The notes: a model not told the origin generated them from the sequence alone. Numbered from the whole stretch's first letter, positions 25,690 through 38,464 are shown. The stretch: 62,212 nt of DNA, filler included, from Choristocarpus tenellus KU-1152 (GCA_964200185.2; 12 parts of 12 records of this genome joined end to end with filler, not necessarily neighbours in it); one strand, 5' to 3'. Numbers and translations: made by a program.

Positions 25690-26660
25690 GCACAGCAAAG
25701 CGCAAAGGGAAGCGTAAGGACAACACACCAGGTGGCGTCAACAAAAATGAGGTGATTATCTTTGTATGAGAACGGTGAAGTGCTGGACTTGGTAGGTAAG
25801 CACAACAAGACGAATTCTGGTGATGTAGTCAAGGGATACGGTGTTGGTATGAGAACCATCTCAATAAATCGATCCTTTATTGAGGAGATTGATAGGCAAC
25901 TTAATGCCAGTGGAGAGAGAGAGACGAGGAGGCGGTTAGGAAACCACGACACCTAGATACAAGCTTCTATACCTAGTAATATGATGATAGAATTGTGTGC
26001 AGTGGTTCTGCTCTCTACACTATTCCAGTTGTAGTAGTTTCTGTCGCCCAACTGGTTCTCAACTATTATAGCTGTACCTTCTGTCTAGAGCTAAGTTATT
26101 GTTGTAACTAATAACTGAACTCTTTTGTGTTCTTGTTGGGTCAACTAGATAGTATGGTAGGTAGCAGAATTTGTGGCAGAGGCCAAGACAACTGGTCTCT
26201 TGGCGACTCGAGACACCATCGGTGCATTTATTGGTCTTAAGCTCAAAGGAGAACTTCCGAAAATGTCGCCGTATGTACATATCAACCCGTTGGAAGACTT
26301 CGATGGCAGGAAAAGTGTGACAGGAATTATTTTTCAGAAACTGTACAGTACTGGCGTCCGACAAGAGGAGGAAGAGAGAGACTGTGAAGTTGGCTTGGTG
26401 GAGGCATTGAAAAAAAGTGGAGATGCAGGCTGGCGAGCTCCCAACCAACAATAGCATCACTAAGGCTCATAAACGTCTCCAACTAGAAGAGCAGGAGGAT
26501 AGAAAGTTGAGCCCCTGGAGTAGGATCTCAGAGATGAGCTAATGGATAGACAGTTTTTTGTTATAACCACTCCAAGTCAGGCTAATAACGAAGGGGGTGG
26601 ATTATCCAAAGACTGACTGTGACAAATGATGGTGGTGGTGATTATAGTGATGGCTGTGGA
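25690..26660 (+). mobile_element. Pogo/Tigger-like (CENP-B HTH) DNA transposase remnant
   Basis: LSLYENGEVLDLV...DVVKGYGVGMRTIS (pipsqueak-type HTH), then R...HLD..FY / FVAEAKTTGLLATRDTI (CENP-B-type second HTH). The downstream DDE region is broken. Confidence 0.55.
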
Positions 26661-26689
26661 ATAGGGATTTTTCTTCTACCTCCCTAAAT

Positions 26690-26909
26690 TGAACAGCCGA
26701 TTTCAAAAATTGAGGATAGAGCTTTTCATTGAGGATGGGCTTGANNNNNNNNNNNNNNNNNNNNNNNNNNNNNNNNNNNNNNNNNNNNTTAATTAATTAA
26801 NNNNNNNNNNNNNNNNNNNNNNNNNNNNNNNNNNNNNNNNNNNNCAATTTTGGGTCAAACCCATCCTCCATAGTATGCTCCATCCTCAATTTTGGTGAGG
26901 CGCTGTTAC
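26690..26909. mobile_element. Ends of a further repeat family E on both sides of a spacer; third end at ~44750-44816
   Basis: aacagc..aaaattgaggat..gaggatggg (26690-26744) is the reverse complement of cccatcctc..atcctcaatttt..gctgtta (26860-26909). A similar ccatcctc..ccatcc..gctgtta occurs at 44770-44816. Confidence 0.55.
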
Positions 26910-27478
26910 AGGTTGTGAATAGGAGATGACATTATTAGGGTTCTACTTGTACTTCTCTATGGAGTCATTGTTGAGTACTAGCTGGTGGTGAGTGAAGATG
27001 CTAACATTCCGAACATGCTGCCTTGTCTACCATTCACCCCTGGTATGTTGTGGATGACACAGCATGGGCAAATTTTCTCTTACTAAAAACAGCATTTTCA
27101 GTAGTTTGACAATAATGAAGATGGGGAGGAGGTTATAAAAGTGCGACTTTTCCATTAAGTACTTGTCGTACACATAGTCGAATCTTTCGACATACTAAGA
27201 TCAGAGCATTTAGACATCCTGCGCAAGGTCTATGGTCAACCTACTCCATATAGGTCTTCTGAACATTTCATAGCTCGTCAACAATAATGCCTCTCACAGT
27301 GATGTGTTGATGGTTGTACACAGTTATGTTGTCTAGTTTCAGTTCCACCAACTGAATTCAACAATATCCATTATAATTGACCTCCACTTAACAGCAGTCT
27401 GGTACCCACACTTGTCAGAACATGTGCCACCGATGCAGCATGCGAGTCCCACACTTTTGGATTAGAAAGGAGTAGAGA

Positions 27479-27658
27479 GGCTCAAAGTATCTGGGGGGGG
27501 TGGCGGCTCTCCATTTGGGGGCAATTTTTTCATGTCGCGATTTTTGGTTGATTTGGTTGCATGCGTCTAATGGATAATGTAAGTACAATTTTCCTGGTTT
27601 TATCCCAAATGGACACCCTGGTGTAGACCGCCCCCGCCCCCCTCAGATACTTTGCGTC
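27479..27658. mobile_element. MITE family A, complete copy
   Basis: GGCTCAAAGTATCTG...CAGATACTTTGCGTC with 3-bp duplication AGA. Confidence 0.88.
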
Positions 27659-28296
27659 AGATGTTGACTATCTGTCAGGAAAGTGTGAGAGAGAGTTGAC
27701 ATCTATAATTTTTTCTTACTACATAACAGCACCAACACTTACTTGATTGGGTATGTGTTTGCTGAGTATGCTATTTGTGTTACTAATAGGAATAAAAAAT
27801 CTTTCTCTTGCGTTCTATCATTTATCATCTGGCATTTAATAGAATGTGCTCCTTCTTCCAAGTAGCAACCCCCCCCCCGCACCTGTGGGAGGTGCTGGGG
27901 CCATCACGGGTTGGGCGTGCATGACAAAGAGAGGGACAGGAGAGAGGAGCACGACTCTTTGAGCCTTTGCGCGCGAGGGAGTTTTTGAACTAAAGGTGTT
28001 GCGTCGAAATCTAAGTACAGTATATTTTTAGTAATTCTACAATAATGGACGGGCACGATATTATGGAGATGTAGAGAAAGAGGTATACACAAAAGTTATT
28101 TATTATTTGTTAGTGGTTGTTATTGAAATTTGATAACATTTTCAAAAATAATAACTTCTTGGGATGGTTGGTATACCTCATTCCATACCTTTGAACTCGA
28201 AAAATAAAACTACACAGGTTTCAAATACGTTTCTGACATTTCCTTGTTTGAGTGGACCTTCCAAGAGTGGTGGGTATAAAAGTGTGGTGGTGAGGA

Positions 28297-29753
28297 ATGG
28301 CGGCTCCAGGAACTCATCCCCTTAGAAGGGGGACGGGACAAGCAACCTCCCAGATCGAATTTTTTGTATCATGCAAGGTGATGCCTGAGGGTTCATTGCA
28401 AGCACAAAGACACGAACGAACACCAATACATGTACCTCAAAAAACATACCCCATTCATTGCCTTGACCAACCATCAACAGTGCCATCCTCTAATACGTAG
28501 TGTAGAAAATATTTCACATTTCGTGGGGAGTTGATTAGATGCACTGAGAGCTCCACCAGGTGTCTTGGTCAGGTCTTGGAACCTCCTTGGAAAGGAATGT
28601 TGACTTTTCATACCTTCCCGAAACCTGCTCTAATCTTCGTAACTCTGCTACGCTCATCCTCTTCGGTCACATGCAGGGGCTTAGAGACGCAGACATTCTG
28701 TCAAAATCTGATCCCTTCGCTGTGGCGAGCATGGGTCAAGTTGACGAAGAAGGTCAAACACTTTTTACGTGAGAGAGTAACACTTCAACTAGTAGTTAGA
28801 CTAGGGATATGAATTGGATTGGTCAGCAGTCGAATGAGAATGTAATAATATTGGAGTACTGGGGATAAGTAGGAGGTAAGTCCAACCGGCTCTGAAACCG
28901 ACAGAAACCGACATGAGACGTCACCAACTCGCTCCTTGTTATGGTGTTTCTGCGTTTTTAGCTTTTATCATGAAGGTTGAAATGTTAAGTCTGGACAAGG
29001 TTGGTGTTCAGTTGGGGATATGGTATGACCATGAAAGAAACCGTAGGTGGTATAGATAAAATTTGTTACACAATTGATGTTAAGAATCGGGAGGTCGCAC
29101 CACTCCTGTGGTTCATTCTTGGTGGCAATTGGAATTTTTCCAGTTCGAGTTTATGCCCGGTACTTTGTTGAAATTCTTGGCTTCGCCTGAGTATGCTTTT
29201 TACCATTTCTAAGTACTACGCAATATTTCTTCTTACTACTACATACCTTTTGCTGCTGTCACTGGAATTACTATAATATCATTTATTCCGTCGTAAATGT
29301 GCATGAAGTCTGTAGAGCTCTACATACCACTATCAATACTACAATGACAACAACTAATACAAGTACAGGATGGAGCTTGAGCTCCGAGATCCTTTGAACC
29401 TACAGTAGTTTTACCTACCTACCAACAACGATCAATTGTACTGAACATTTCAACATGCATGGTGGGATCTATTATTGCGCTACAAGAGCTGGGTAGTGGG
29501 ACGGGAATACCTCTGGTGCAACAAGTGGCTACGCACAACTTGTCTTTCCGATCATCTTTCCGATCAGCCCCACTCTAGAACTACCGATGGTTCGTAAAGA
29601 ATCCCTCCTTACCCCTTTTCCTTCCCTCATCTCATCCTGTCCTGTCTGTGCAGCGAGATCGGCAGGACAGAGGTGTTGGAGAATACCAGTGATCCTGAGT
29701 TCACTAAACAATTTGTTGCAGACTTTCACTTCAATGAGACACAAACAGTGCAG
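28297..29753 (+). CDS. Copine (C2A domain), first three exons
   Basis: Exons 28297-28377, 28677-28768 and 29654-29753 give SQIEFFVSCK|GLRDADILSKSDPFAV...T|EIGRTEVLENTSDPEFTKQFVADFHFNETQ, the copine C2A signature. Confidence 0.9.
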
Positions 29754-31150
29754 GTGAGTTCTCGTTTGTGCCTTCCTCCCATCCCCTACCTTCTGCCCTA
29801 ACCCTAACCCTTTTCTCTTGACCTTGCTTGGCCTCCTAGCACATCTCACATGTACAGGGCTTATTAGATATGGTACCAACTATATCAGCGATTTCTGTGT
29901 GCATGGTAGTATGTATTCTATGTCCTTTCTTGACTGTGGTATGTTCTGGAGGTGATGCACTACAGGCAGTCGTGATGGTGATATGCTACTTGCTGTTCTT
30001 CTGTTGACCCTGATTCTCACAAGTGTAAGCGATTTGCTTGTTGTAATATTTACTTGAAAACCTCTTGGAAGTATGCTGAAAACATGGAAGCACTTCCTCT
30101 GCTCAGGTTTCCATTATTTAGTGTGGGGTCCATTGCAAGAACCTATTTCGAGGTTCCCCGAAAAACTCTCAAGTGAATTCTGACTCACTCTTAATTCAAA
30201 AATTTATCACCGTCTCTATTTTACAGCCTGCCAAGTAAAATGTACATATCGATGGTGAACAGAGTAGTCAACAAGATGGATGATGGACGCACCTACTAGT
30301 GTACGCTATATCAAGAGAGAAGTGAAAAGCTACTCGACGATAATGTGCACATACACCAAAGCAACAATCGTTTAGCGAGATCCTCCTTTTCTCGTCCATG
30401 TCCTCCGTTGCCTCTCTCCCCATTCGTCCGTTGTCAAGGACTAGTGTTTAGTGCATTGAATCCCTATGATGAAAGACACACGGACATATCCTTACTTAGT
30501 AATAGCAGCACTCTTGGAGGAGTTGTCGTCGAGCAAGAAGATGTGCTATTGCTGAAAAAAATATCTCTTATAATTACGTAGTACCTTGGCGAGGGAAAAT
30601 AAAAGGCGTTTGGGTGCGGAGGCCAGCTGACGTACTGGCCATGCCAGCTAGGTCAGGACAAGCAAGCCACGGGCCAGGCAGAGGGGATAGATTTCCTGCT
30701 CTTTTTTTTTTTTGCTCTGCTACAGTACTAGTGCACGTTATGTACATGAATTTGTAATCTGTGACTGCTATATATATATATTATATATATATATATGTAG
30801 ATGCATGAGATATACCTCAGGTGACGGATGCACAGGGTGAACTGCCCTATGATTTTTTTTGGTGGGTTGACTGGACTACTCTCCGCTTTGCTGCATAACA
30901 AAATAATAACAAAATAATAACTGCGATGATGCAATCTCGGGGAACAGATTTTCTTCCGAGTGACAAAGAAGGAAGAGGTGGGTTGATGTTGGCATTGAAG
31001 GGGTTTAGTGAGGGATGTATGTAATAGCCAAAGTATCCTCGGGGGGAGGGNNNNNNNNNNNNNNNNNNNNNNNNNNNNNNNNNNNNNNNNNNNNTTAATT
31101 AATTAANNNNNNNNNNNNNNNNNNNNNNNNNNNNNNNNNNNNNNNNNNNN

Positions 31151-31253
31151 ACAGTATCTATCCTACGTATGCAACCAAATAACCCAAAAATCACGAAAAA
31201 CAAAAATTGACCCCAAATGGACAGCTGCCACCCCATCTCAGATACTTTGAGCC
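31151..31253. mobile_element. MITE family A, truncated by contig start; further stubs at ~31025-31050, ~34369-34400 and 49406-49445
   Basis: Family A body ending CAGATACTTTGAGCC. Confidence 0.75.
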
Positions 31254-31488
31254 CTTTGTAAGACAGGATTAAGTATGACTCACTCTTTCATCCCTTGTTT
31301 GTGCCCTGTGGTTCCAGTTCAAATTTTGTATTCAGAGGATAGTTTCCATCCTGGTGAGCAGAGTACTTCTCGAGGCTACATCAACGCAAAATACGTATCA
31401 ATATTATCAATGCACCCTTCCTGAAAAATCTTCATCACCCTAGTGCAAAGGGTAGGAATAGTCTCGAGGATGAAGAACGTAGAGTTAC

Positions 31489-33968
31489 CTCTACAATCCC
31501 ATCGCCTGCATTCCTGATGCACCCAGAGCCAATCCCATTCTTGCTGAAGCATGATAATTCTCCTTTGCAGCCATTGGATGACCCCCCTCCATGGAAGCTC
31601 ACCAGTAAGGCCAGCAGAACAGGCATTGTCACACCGACAAAGGCACCAATCCCATCAAAGAGGCCTTGAACCGATACAAGAAACGAGATTTTGGAGTTGA
31701 ACTATAAGACATTTTCCAAGGAGGTGTTAAGTTCTACTTCAAGTACTAACCCACCAATTCAGCTCAGAATGAAGCGGGTTTAAATGAATACAACTCGAAA
31801 AAAACCCAGCCAAAATAGTTACCATGCACCGTGTGGTGATAGCCTTACACCTGCATTGCCGAAACAGAAAAAATAACCCTTTTCATCGTCCTTTTTTTTT
31901 CACTCTGGTCATGGCATTGCCTGACATCAACGTCTTCTCAAAGGGCGACCCTCAGAGTATGACAACTGGATGTATTAGAGGGCTATTTACCGGCATGGGG
32001 AACACCTGCTATTACCTGAAATAAAGAAGAGATTGGACCGATCTTTGTAGTCCTCAGTCAGCTCTGGCCCAAGAGCATCGTAGGGAATAGTGGTAAAGGT
32101 TGAGCTGATATCAAGTTGATCAACAAGACCCCACAATTTTATTGTAGAGGAGTGCAAATTATATGGCAGGGGCAAGAAGGCAAGGGTCAGCTTGGTGTAG
32201 GCGATGATTTGTGAGACTGAAACAAGGCACAGCCAAAGGTCAGGGTCTTCTCACTCTGTAACGTACTTGTGACATTGCAGACGCATTCAAATGATTAAAT
32301 AACAATTTGCACATGAGGCATAACTTGAATGACGGGTGCTGAGCTAGGCTCTAAGCTGTGAAGAGCAGGAAGACACCTAGCCTGTGAGGGCCCCTGAGAG
32401 AGCCAAGAAAATATATCTCAGTGCCTACAACTAATTTTACTTGATTTGCAAGATAACTCAACGCTAAAGATCCTCAATTTGTGTTCTAAAAAAATCCAAC
32501 ATTGCACTTGTGTGGCCTCCTCTCCAAGTCTTCCTGACATACTTCTATATCTCCCCTTATATCCCTTGCTCTATCTTCCGCTCAAACCTAGCTCTACCTT
32601 AAGCATTGGTATGGAACATTCTTATTGGTTGACCCAAACCTTTTCCCTGAGTAATCTAACCCTATATTTAACCTCTTCTAACCTGAGATAGAAGAGGATG
32701 TAGAATACCCCAAACCATACAGATAGGCTGAATGATGAAAGGTATGGTGGTGAAAGCAAAAGGATCAGAAGTACTGCATAAGGCACGCAGCCTATGGCAC
32801 AAAATGGTCTCCGACGGCCCCACCTGATGAAGAAAGTAGGGTTAGGGTTATGTGACTGATGATGAAGAAAACAAACCAGCAATTCAAGGGTGTATGATTA
32901 GCACACATAGTCAACAGATGTGACGCTCACCTTACACATGTTGGAATGAATTGTACTTTTGTCCTGCTGCTAAATTAGGGTTAAGGTTATTTGACTGGAA
33001 TTTTGGTCCCTGAAAACAGTGCCATTTGTTGTACGTGTACAATACCACCAAGGAGTTGCACAATACCACCAAGGAGTTGCACATAATGTTTTATCAAAGT
33101 TAGGATTAGGGTTAGGATTAGGGTACCCTGTTGCACACGATACATGCAACATCAAATTTGCACTTTGCAAGTACAGAATTGTGGCTACCATCCAACAACT
33201 GCTGTGAAGGACCTGACTCACTGTGATCGGTAAGCATCTGTGAGATGGCTCATGAGCGGGTCAGATAGCACATCAATAGACCTGGCATGTATGGAGGAGA
33301 AATGATATATGTGAGGATTGAGGCACTAGGTACAACGTGACTTGCATTGATGTGAGGGATAGTAGAGTACTCTTGCCTCTACAAGGCTAAGGTTGGAAGT
33401 ACATTACATGTTTGGATTGCAGGTGAAAGTGGTCCTCACTTGGATCTTGTGGTGAATTAGGATACGCTGCTCTGATTTACAGCATACGGCAGTGTCCTCA
33501 TACCATCCTTCTTAGATTCCTCGCACTTACTTGAAGCAAAAAATAAATCAATATTAAAAGCTCACAAAAAATATTTTGTATCTCACAAGTATAACAAACG
33601 AGCAGTGCTTTCCTGGGAGGTGAAACCACGAAGGATACATATATATATATATATATATATATATCCTGAGGATTACAGTAGGCAAATGACAAATGAGATG
33701 GTCAGTCTTGTGTTCACCTCGCCAGGGCTATGAAGAAACTCATGTACACAAGGTTTGCTCCCAATAACTCGTAGAAAGTGTTTCCGTACACAGATAGTAC
33801 CGTAACCACAGGTAAAGTGGAAAAGGTCGGAGCACAGTAACTCAGTTTTGTTCGTAGTGGGAGGAGGCCACTGTTAGGGTCAAGATTTGGAAACCGGAGT
33901 TGGTGCTCAAACTTGTTCTCTTTCGCCTCTACACCTCTGTGATGCAGGTGCATGGCAGCACGCTTCAC
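31489..33968 (-). CDS. MFS_2 / GPH-family (MelB/MFSD2-like) transporter, N-terminal half
   Basis: Phase-compatible exons 33968-33718, 33281-33222, 32823-32683, 32104-32016 and 31664-31489 give KLSYCAP...ALAR|SIDVLSDPLMSHLTD...|WGRRRPF...|IPYDALGPELTEDYKDRS...|GLFDGIG. D..SDP, WGRRRP and PY.AL..ELT...R are GPH signatures. Confidence 0.9.
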
Positions 33969-34257
33969 CTGTTGGGGTTAGGGTTAGGGTTAGTATTACT
34001 GCACGAGCTGGGACAGCGATTTGTGACTCCATTATCTAAATATGAGTACAAGGTATCACCTTAATAACTGAGCAGATGAGTACTCATGGACTAGAACAAT
34101 GTATCCTTCATGGTTGTGCAGGGCTGCTTTGAAGAGGTGGATATAGGGTAGTAGAGTAGTGCTACGTAGCTGCCAACAACAGTGGTGAGTGATTTGCTTT
34201 CTCATCTAACCCATGTACTTCAAGTTACTTCTCCACTGACACATTGCTCTGTCCTGC

Positions 34258-34368
34258 AAACTATGACCACAAACAATAATGATATGTAAACAGCTACAAA
34301 CTATAATGATGAAATATTTAATCAACTACAAACTATAATGATATATTTAAACAGCTACAAACTATAAT
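34258..34368. repeat. Minisatellite, ~30-bp unit, about 3 copies
   Basis: aaacagctacaaactataatgat(ga)atattt repeated. Confidence 0.7.
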
Positions 34369-35036
34369 GGGCCAAAGTATCTGGGGGGGGGGGGGGGGGG
34401 TTTGTGGGGGGGGTTCCTTGTTGGGCTAACAAATTTCTTTNNNNNNNNNNNNNNNNNNNNNNNNNNNNNNNNNNNNNNNNNNNNTTAATTAATTAANNNN
34501 NNNNNNNNNNNNNNNNNNNNNNNNNNNNNNNNNNNNNNNNGGGAGGTATTTAGCCCTAGTTGTGATCCATTCCAGGTTTGATGGGGTGTAGTAAGATACA
34601 CCCTTTTTTTACACCCATTTTGCGATTGAATTGCCTTCGGATTTGGTCTAGGGTTAGGGATGGAAAAGGAAGGTGCTTTCAGGTGAAGGAAGTTTGTCAC
34701 TACACAAGACATGTTCACTAGTGTGATATGAAAAGATAGATCACTACAGACAGGGTCGCACCAGCCCCGAATGGGAACCTGATCCCCCCCCAATCTCTAG
34801 GATAAGATAATATCTTGTGGTGCATTACCTGAATTTGAGCCCACTTAAATGGGGTGGGATGTCAACAGATTACGTTTTGTAAGCTATGGATAAATAAATA
34901 TACTTCATAAGCAATAAATTGCACAAGATCTACCTCCCCCTTTGGATGCTATGGATTGATACATGGACAAACACACACAAACACACATAGGCACAGAGGG
35001 ATGCTTCTTGAGGATGAGGGGGGTAGGGGTGAAGTA

Positions 35037-35376
35037 CTAGCCGTAGTAGTGGTAGTGGTAGTAATAGTAGTATAGCGGTTCTGTGGTAGTGGTAGTGGTA
35101 GTAATAGCAGTAGTGGTGGCAGTAGTAGTACTAGTAGTAGTGGTAGTAGTAGTGGTAGTGGTAGTAGTAGTGGTAGTGGTAGTGGTAGTGGTAGTGGTAG
35201 TAGTGATAGTAGTGGTAGTAGTAGTAGTAGTAGTACTAGTAATAGTAGTAATAGTAGTAGTAGTAGTAGTACTAGTTGTTGTTGTGGTGGTGATAATAGT
35301 GGTAGTAGTAGTTTTTGTTGTTGTGGTAGTGGTAGTGGTAGTGGTAGTGGTAGTGGTAGTTGTAGCAGTAGTAGTA
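35037..35376. repeat. Compound (GTA/GTG)n trinucleotide microsatellite
   Basis: About 340 bp of GTA/GTG/ATA triplets. It is the source of the poly-Thr/Val/Leu ORFs in the track. Confidence 0.95.
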
Positions 35377-35493
35377 CAACAGAGGTTGGCAATACCTTTT
35401 TGGTTGCTTGTCCACATCTGTGAAACAAAACAAAAAATGAAACTGCAAAGTAGAAAAAGGAAAACTGTGGTAACTGCGGGCAGGATAAATCAC

Positions 35494-35551
35494 CTCGTAC
35501 ATTGTACCATCGCCTCCAACCACCACCACCCCAGTATAAGCATCAAGGTCT

Positions 35552-35595
<44 letters not shown>

Positions 35596-38021
35596 GGATT
35601 CAACCTCTCCTGCTCCCCAAGCAGCACCACCACAGCAGTGTTCTGAATCGCCGGTGCAACCATGCAGGGTGCCGTGAAGCCCCGCCCGCCGCCCTTGTAG
35701 GATATCTGAGATCTGTCCTCTCCGTGAGGTGATGATATCGGTGAATTGCACGCCTGCTTGTGTGAGCATCGGCCTTTTGAGAGTGTGCATAGGGAGGGAG
35801 GGGGGGGGTGAGAGGGTCAAAAAAGGGAATGGGAGAAGGGTAGATGTCGTAACTCAAGAGGAGGAAAAGGTGGTCTCTACAATTGTATATTATTGATAGT
35901 AGGGTACACTGCGGGAGAGGCAGTTTTAGAGGAGTACGGCAATGAAGAGGTGGTACAGAGTGCATCATTTTCAAGAATTTGTTTGGTTCAGGAGCTCTTC
36001 CCCAGGTATGCACCCCTAATCCGAACCCTCCTACTTACTATCTTACAGAGGTAAGCAGTCATCAAGATTGTTATCTCACCTCGTTGTACCCATTTTCTTA
36101 TTATTTGATATGTTGTTGTAAAATTTGATTCAATCTGTTCCAATTAATCAACTACAATTATCTCATTCTACATGCGGTGTCTGCTCATGATGAGCCAATC
36201 AGGTGAAAGCTAGTGACTCGAACTTCAATTCTGTGTAACACTTGACGCCTGTCCCTAAAAATCCACCCATTGTTGGCGTCTGCACAAAAAAAAAAGGAGA
36301 GGAGGGGTGCCCTTTCGCACATTGTGAAATTTCTCAGAATTTTCTAACCCGCATCACAGACGTCAGGAAAGATCAGTACTCTGTGGTCAGGGAGGATGGA
36401 AATAGCCCAACAAATTTACGTCATCTTGGTTCACAGCTGCCTAGTCAATCAAGAGTTATTGAAATCCCGTGCAAGGGCTGTGACAGTTTTAACGTTGAGT
36501 GCAACAAAAGGTAGAGGTAGAGAGGGACGGCCTCGGAGGCACCTGCAGAGAAGGGGATGCCGCCAAAATAAGGGGGGGAGGGGGAAGCCGAGGAAAGACC
36601 AAGCAGGGGCCCGCACAGCTGAGGGCGAGGAAGAAACACTGGTGGCGATTGCTGACAGGTGTAGTGCTCTAGGTTTTGCAGGAGCTGATGCCAAAGAGTA
36701 AATGGAGAAGCTCAAGGTGGTCAGTGGAGAGGTGCTTTCTAAGGAGCGAGAACATGTACTGGTCATCCTGTACTACCACTTGTTTGTAGTCCAATATGAA
36801 GTGGGACAAACTGAGGCAATGGAGGCTGTGCCGAACTGGTGGGAGCGGAAAAAAACGAGGTTTTCGACTTTATTTTTTTGTCTCAACTCGAAACATTCCA
36901 CAAGATATAGTGGAAACTCCCGCTGTTACTTCCCTCCGTAAGACCTACCCCTCAGAATCTCAAATGTCCTCTTTGGAATTGGAATACCTGGGGTTAGGTA
37001 TTTCACCATTGAGATGAAAGAGATGAACATATTATGTTAGCACTTGTTGATTTGGCGGTGTGCCTCAACAGCAAGGGACGCCTTGGTTGGCAGAGGGAGC
37101 ATATCTAAGTGATTGTGTATGTGTGAGATGAGCTGTGGTGTGCATCAAGACCGAACACTAGAGAGAACGAGCTTCCAAAATGACACCCGCCCGATACACC
37201 GGGACTGTTGACAGTGATCGTTTCAGAGTCAGCGCCGTACCTTAAGATGGACGACCATATAGATCTACCCTTTCCTGTTCCGCTGATAGGGTTAATCACC
37301 ACAAGTAGTCTCCTCGGTATCCCATTGGGCGAAGATGCTCCTGCCCTAAGGCTTATAGCGTCAGACCAACGGCGAGCAGTGTCGCCATCACGCACGAGCC
37401 ACTTGAGGTGGTTGCTACGACGATGTCGCTGGCATCTCCTACAAGACCATGTGGGGAATGGTGAGTATAGGCGATGAATGTGTTAGGTAACAAGAATCGC
37501 CATTCACTGGTAGCACATCGCATACAAACAGTCTCATACAAAACCGAAATATTGCATGGCATTCCCTGCTCAGGCAGGCACTCAAAAACGCTGGTGGAAG
37601 TAAGGGTGTATATGAGGTACATTATAGAAGTAGGGACGATGTTGCAGTAGTTACAAGTTTGATTTACATAAGGATGACGATTTCCTAAGCTGGTAGATGC
37701 TCCTGCAAGTGTGCTGACAACATATTTTTCTAATATTCGGTTCTACAGACCCTTCCTTGGTGCTTGCCTCCTGAGACACCCTCAGTTGTTCCTACAGTAC
37801 GCGTACACCTCCAACGAGTGTGTTGATCCATTGGTGTCAGCTTTCTGGGTCGCCGAAGCCCCAACTACATCCCCAAGGCTCAGGAGACAGATTTTTCCAT
37901 TAGCATCTGTATGCTCTAGGGTAGCCTCTGTAAGGCATAGTGAACGGCGCCCCCCATCTTGTGGATGTTGGAATACATCCGACCCGTCAAGCAAGCACTC
38001 ACAACCTGTTTCTGACTGCAT
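35494..38021 (-). pseudogene. Sphingosine/ceramide kinase-like (DAGK catalytic domain) paralog 1, 5' part, with in-frame TGA in exon 1
   Basis: Exons 38021-~37768 (probable GC donor), 37438-37241 and 35773-35494: RRLLVVINPISGTGKG...|PMLTQAGVQF.DIITSRRGQ...YTGVVVVGGDGTMYE. TGA at 37784-37782 aligns with a TGG codon in paralog 2. Confidence 0.7.
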
Positions 38022-38464
38022 CCCCCTTATCTTTGCCGCCAAGAGGAAGAATGCTATGGCCACGATTCTTAGCAGCTCGACCGACTTAGGCTGCAAGCAA
38101 CCATTGGTCCTTTGTAAGTTAGGTCGTTTGTTAGGTGGGGTGGATGGTGTTCCCATTTGTGTAGAACTGGCTCTCACGCACACTGGTCTGCACCCCCCTC
38201 ACTCTTTACAAAACAAATAAATATGAAAATTCAAATTCAAGGTTCTTTCGTGTAAGACGATCAATATATTTTTTTATATACACATATGTATATAGTTTCC
38301 ATTGGTTTTCTCCTGACACATCTGCAAAATGTCAGAGGGCAAGATAAAATAATATATATATCCTATCAACTACAAGAGGTCCCTTGACTCTACCTCTGGA
38401 TAGTCACTGGTTGTCGAGCTGCTAAGGCTGTGACACCTGTTTGCCGTACCCTGTGTCATACGAG

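Noticed and set aside
34750-34845. tRNA gene on the minus strand
   Set aside because: Only degenerate A/B-box-like strings and no cloverleaf. At most an old SINE head.
34949-35553. Poly-Thr (mucin-like), poly-Val and poly-Leu ORFs
   Set aside because: These are translation artefacts of an intronic (GTA/GTG)n microsatellite.
37782-37784. Selenocysteine recoding of the kinase TGA
   Set aside because: It aligns with Trp rather than Cys in the paralog, the family has no known selenoproteins to my knowledge, and the 3' UTR is not available to show a SECIS.
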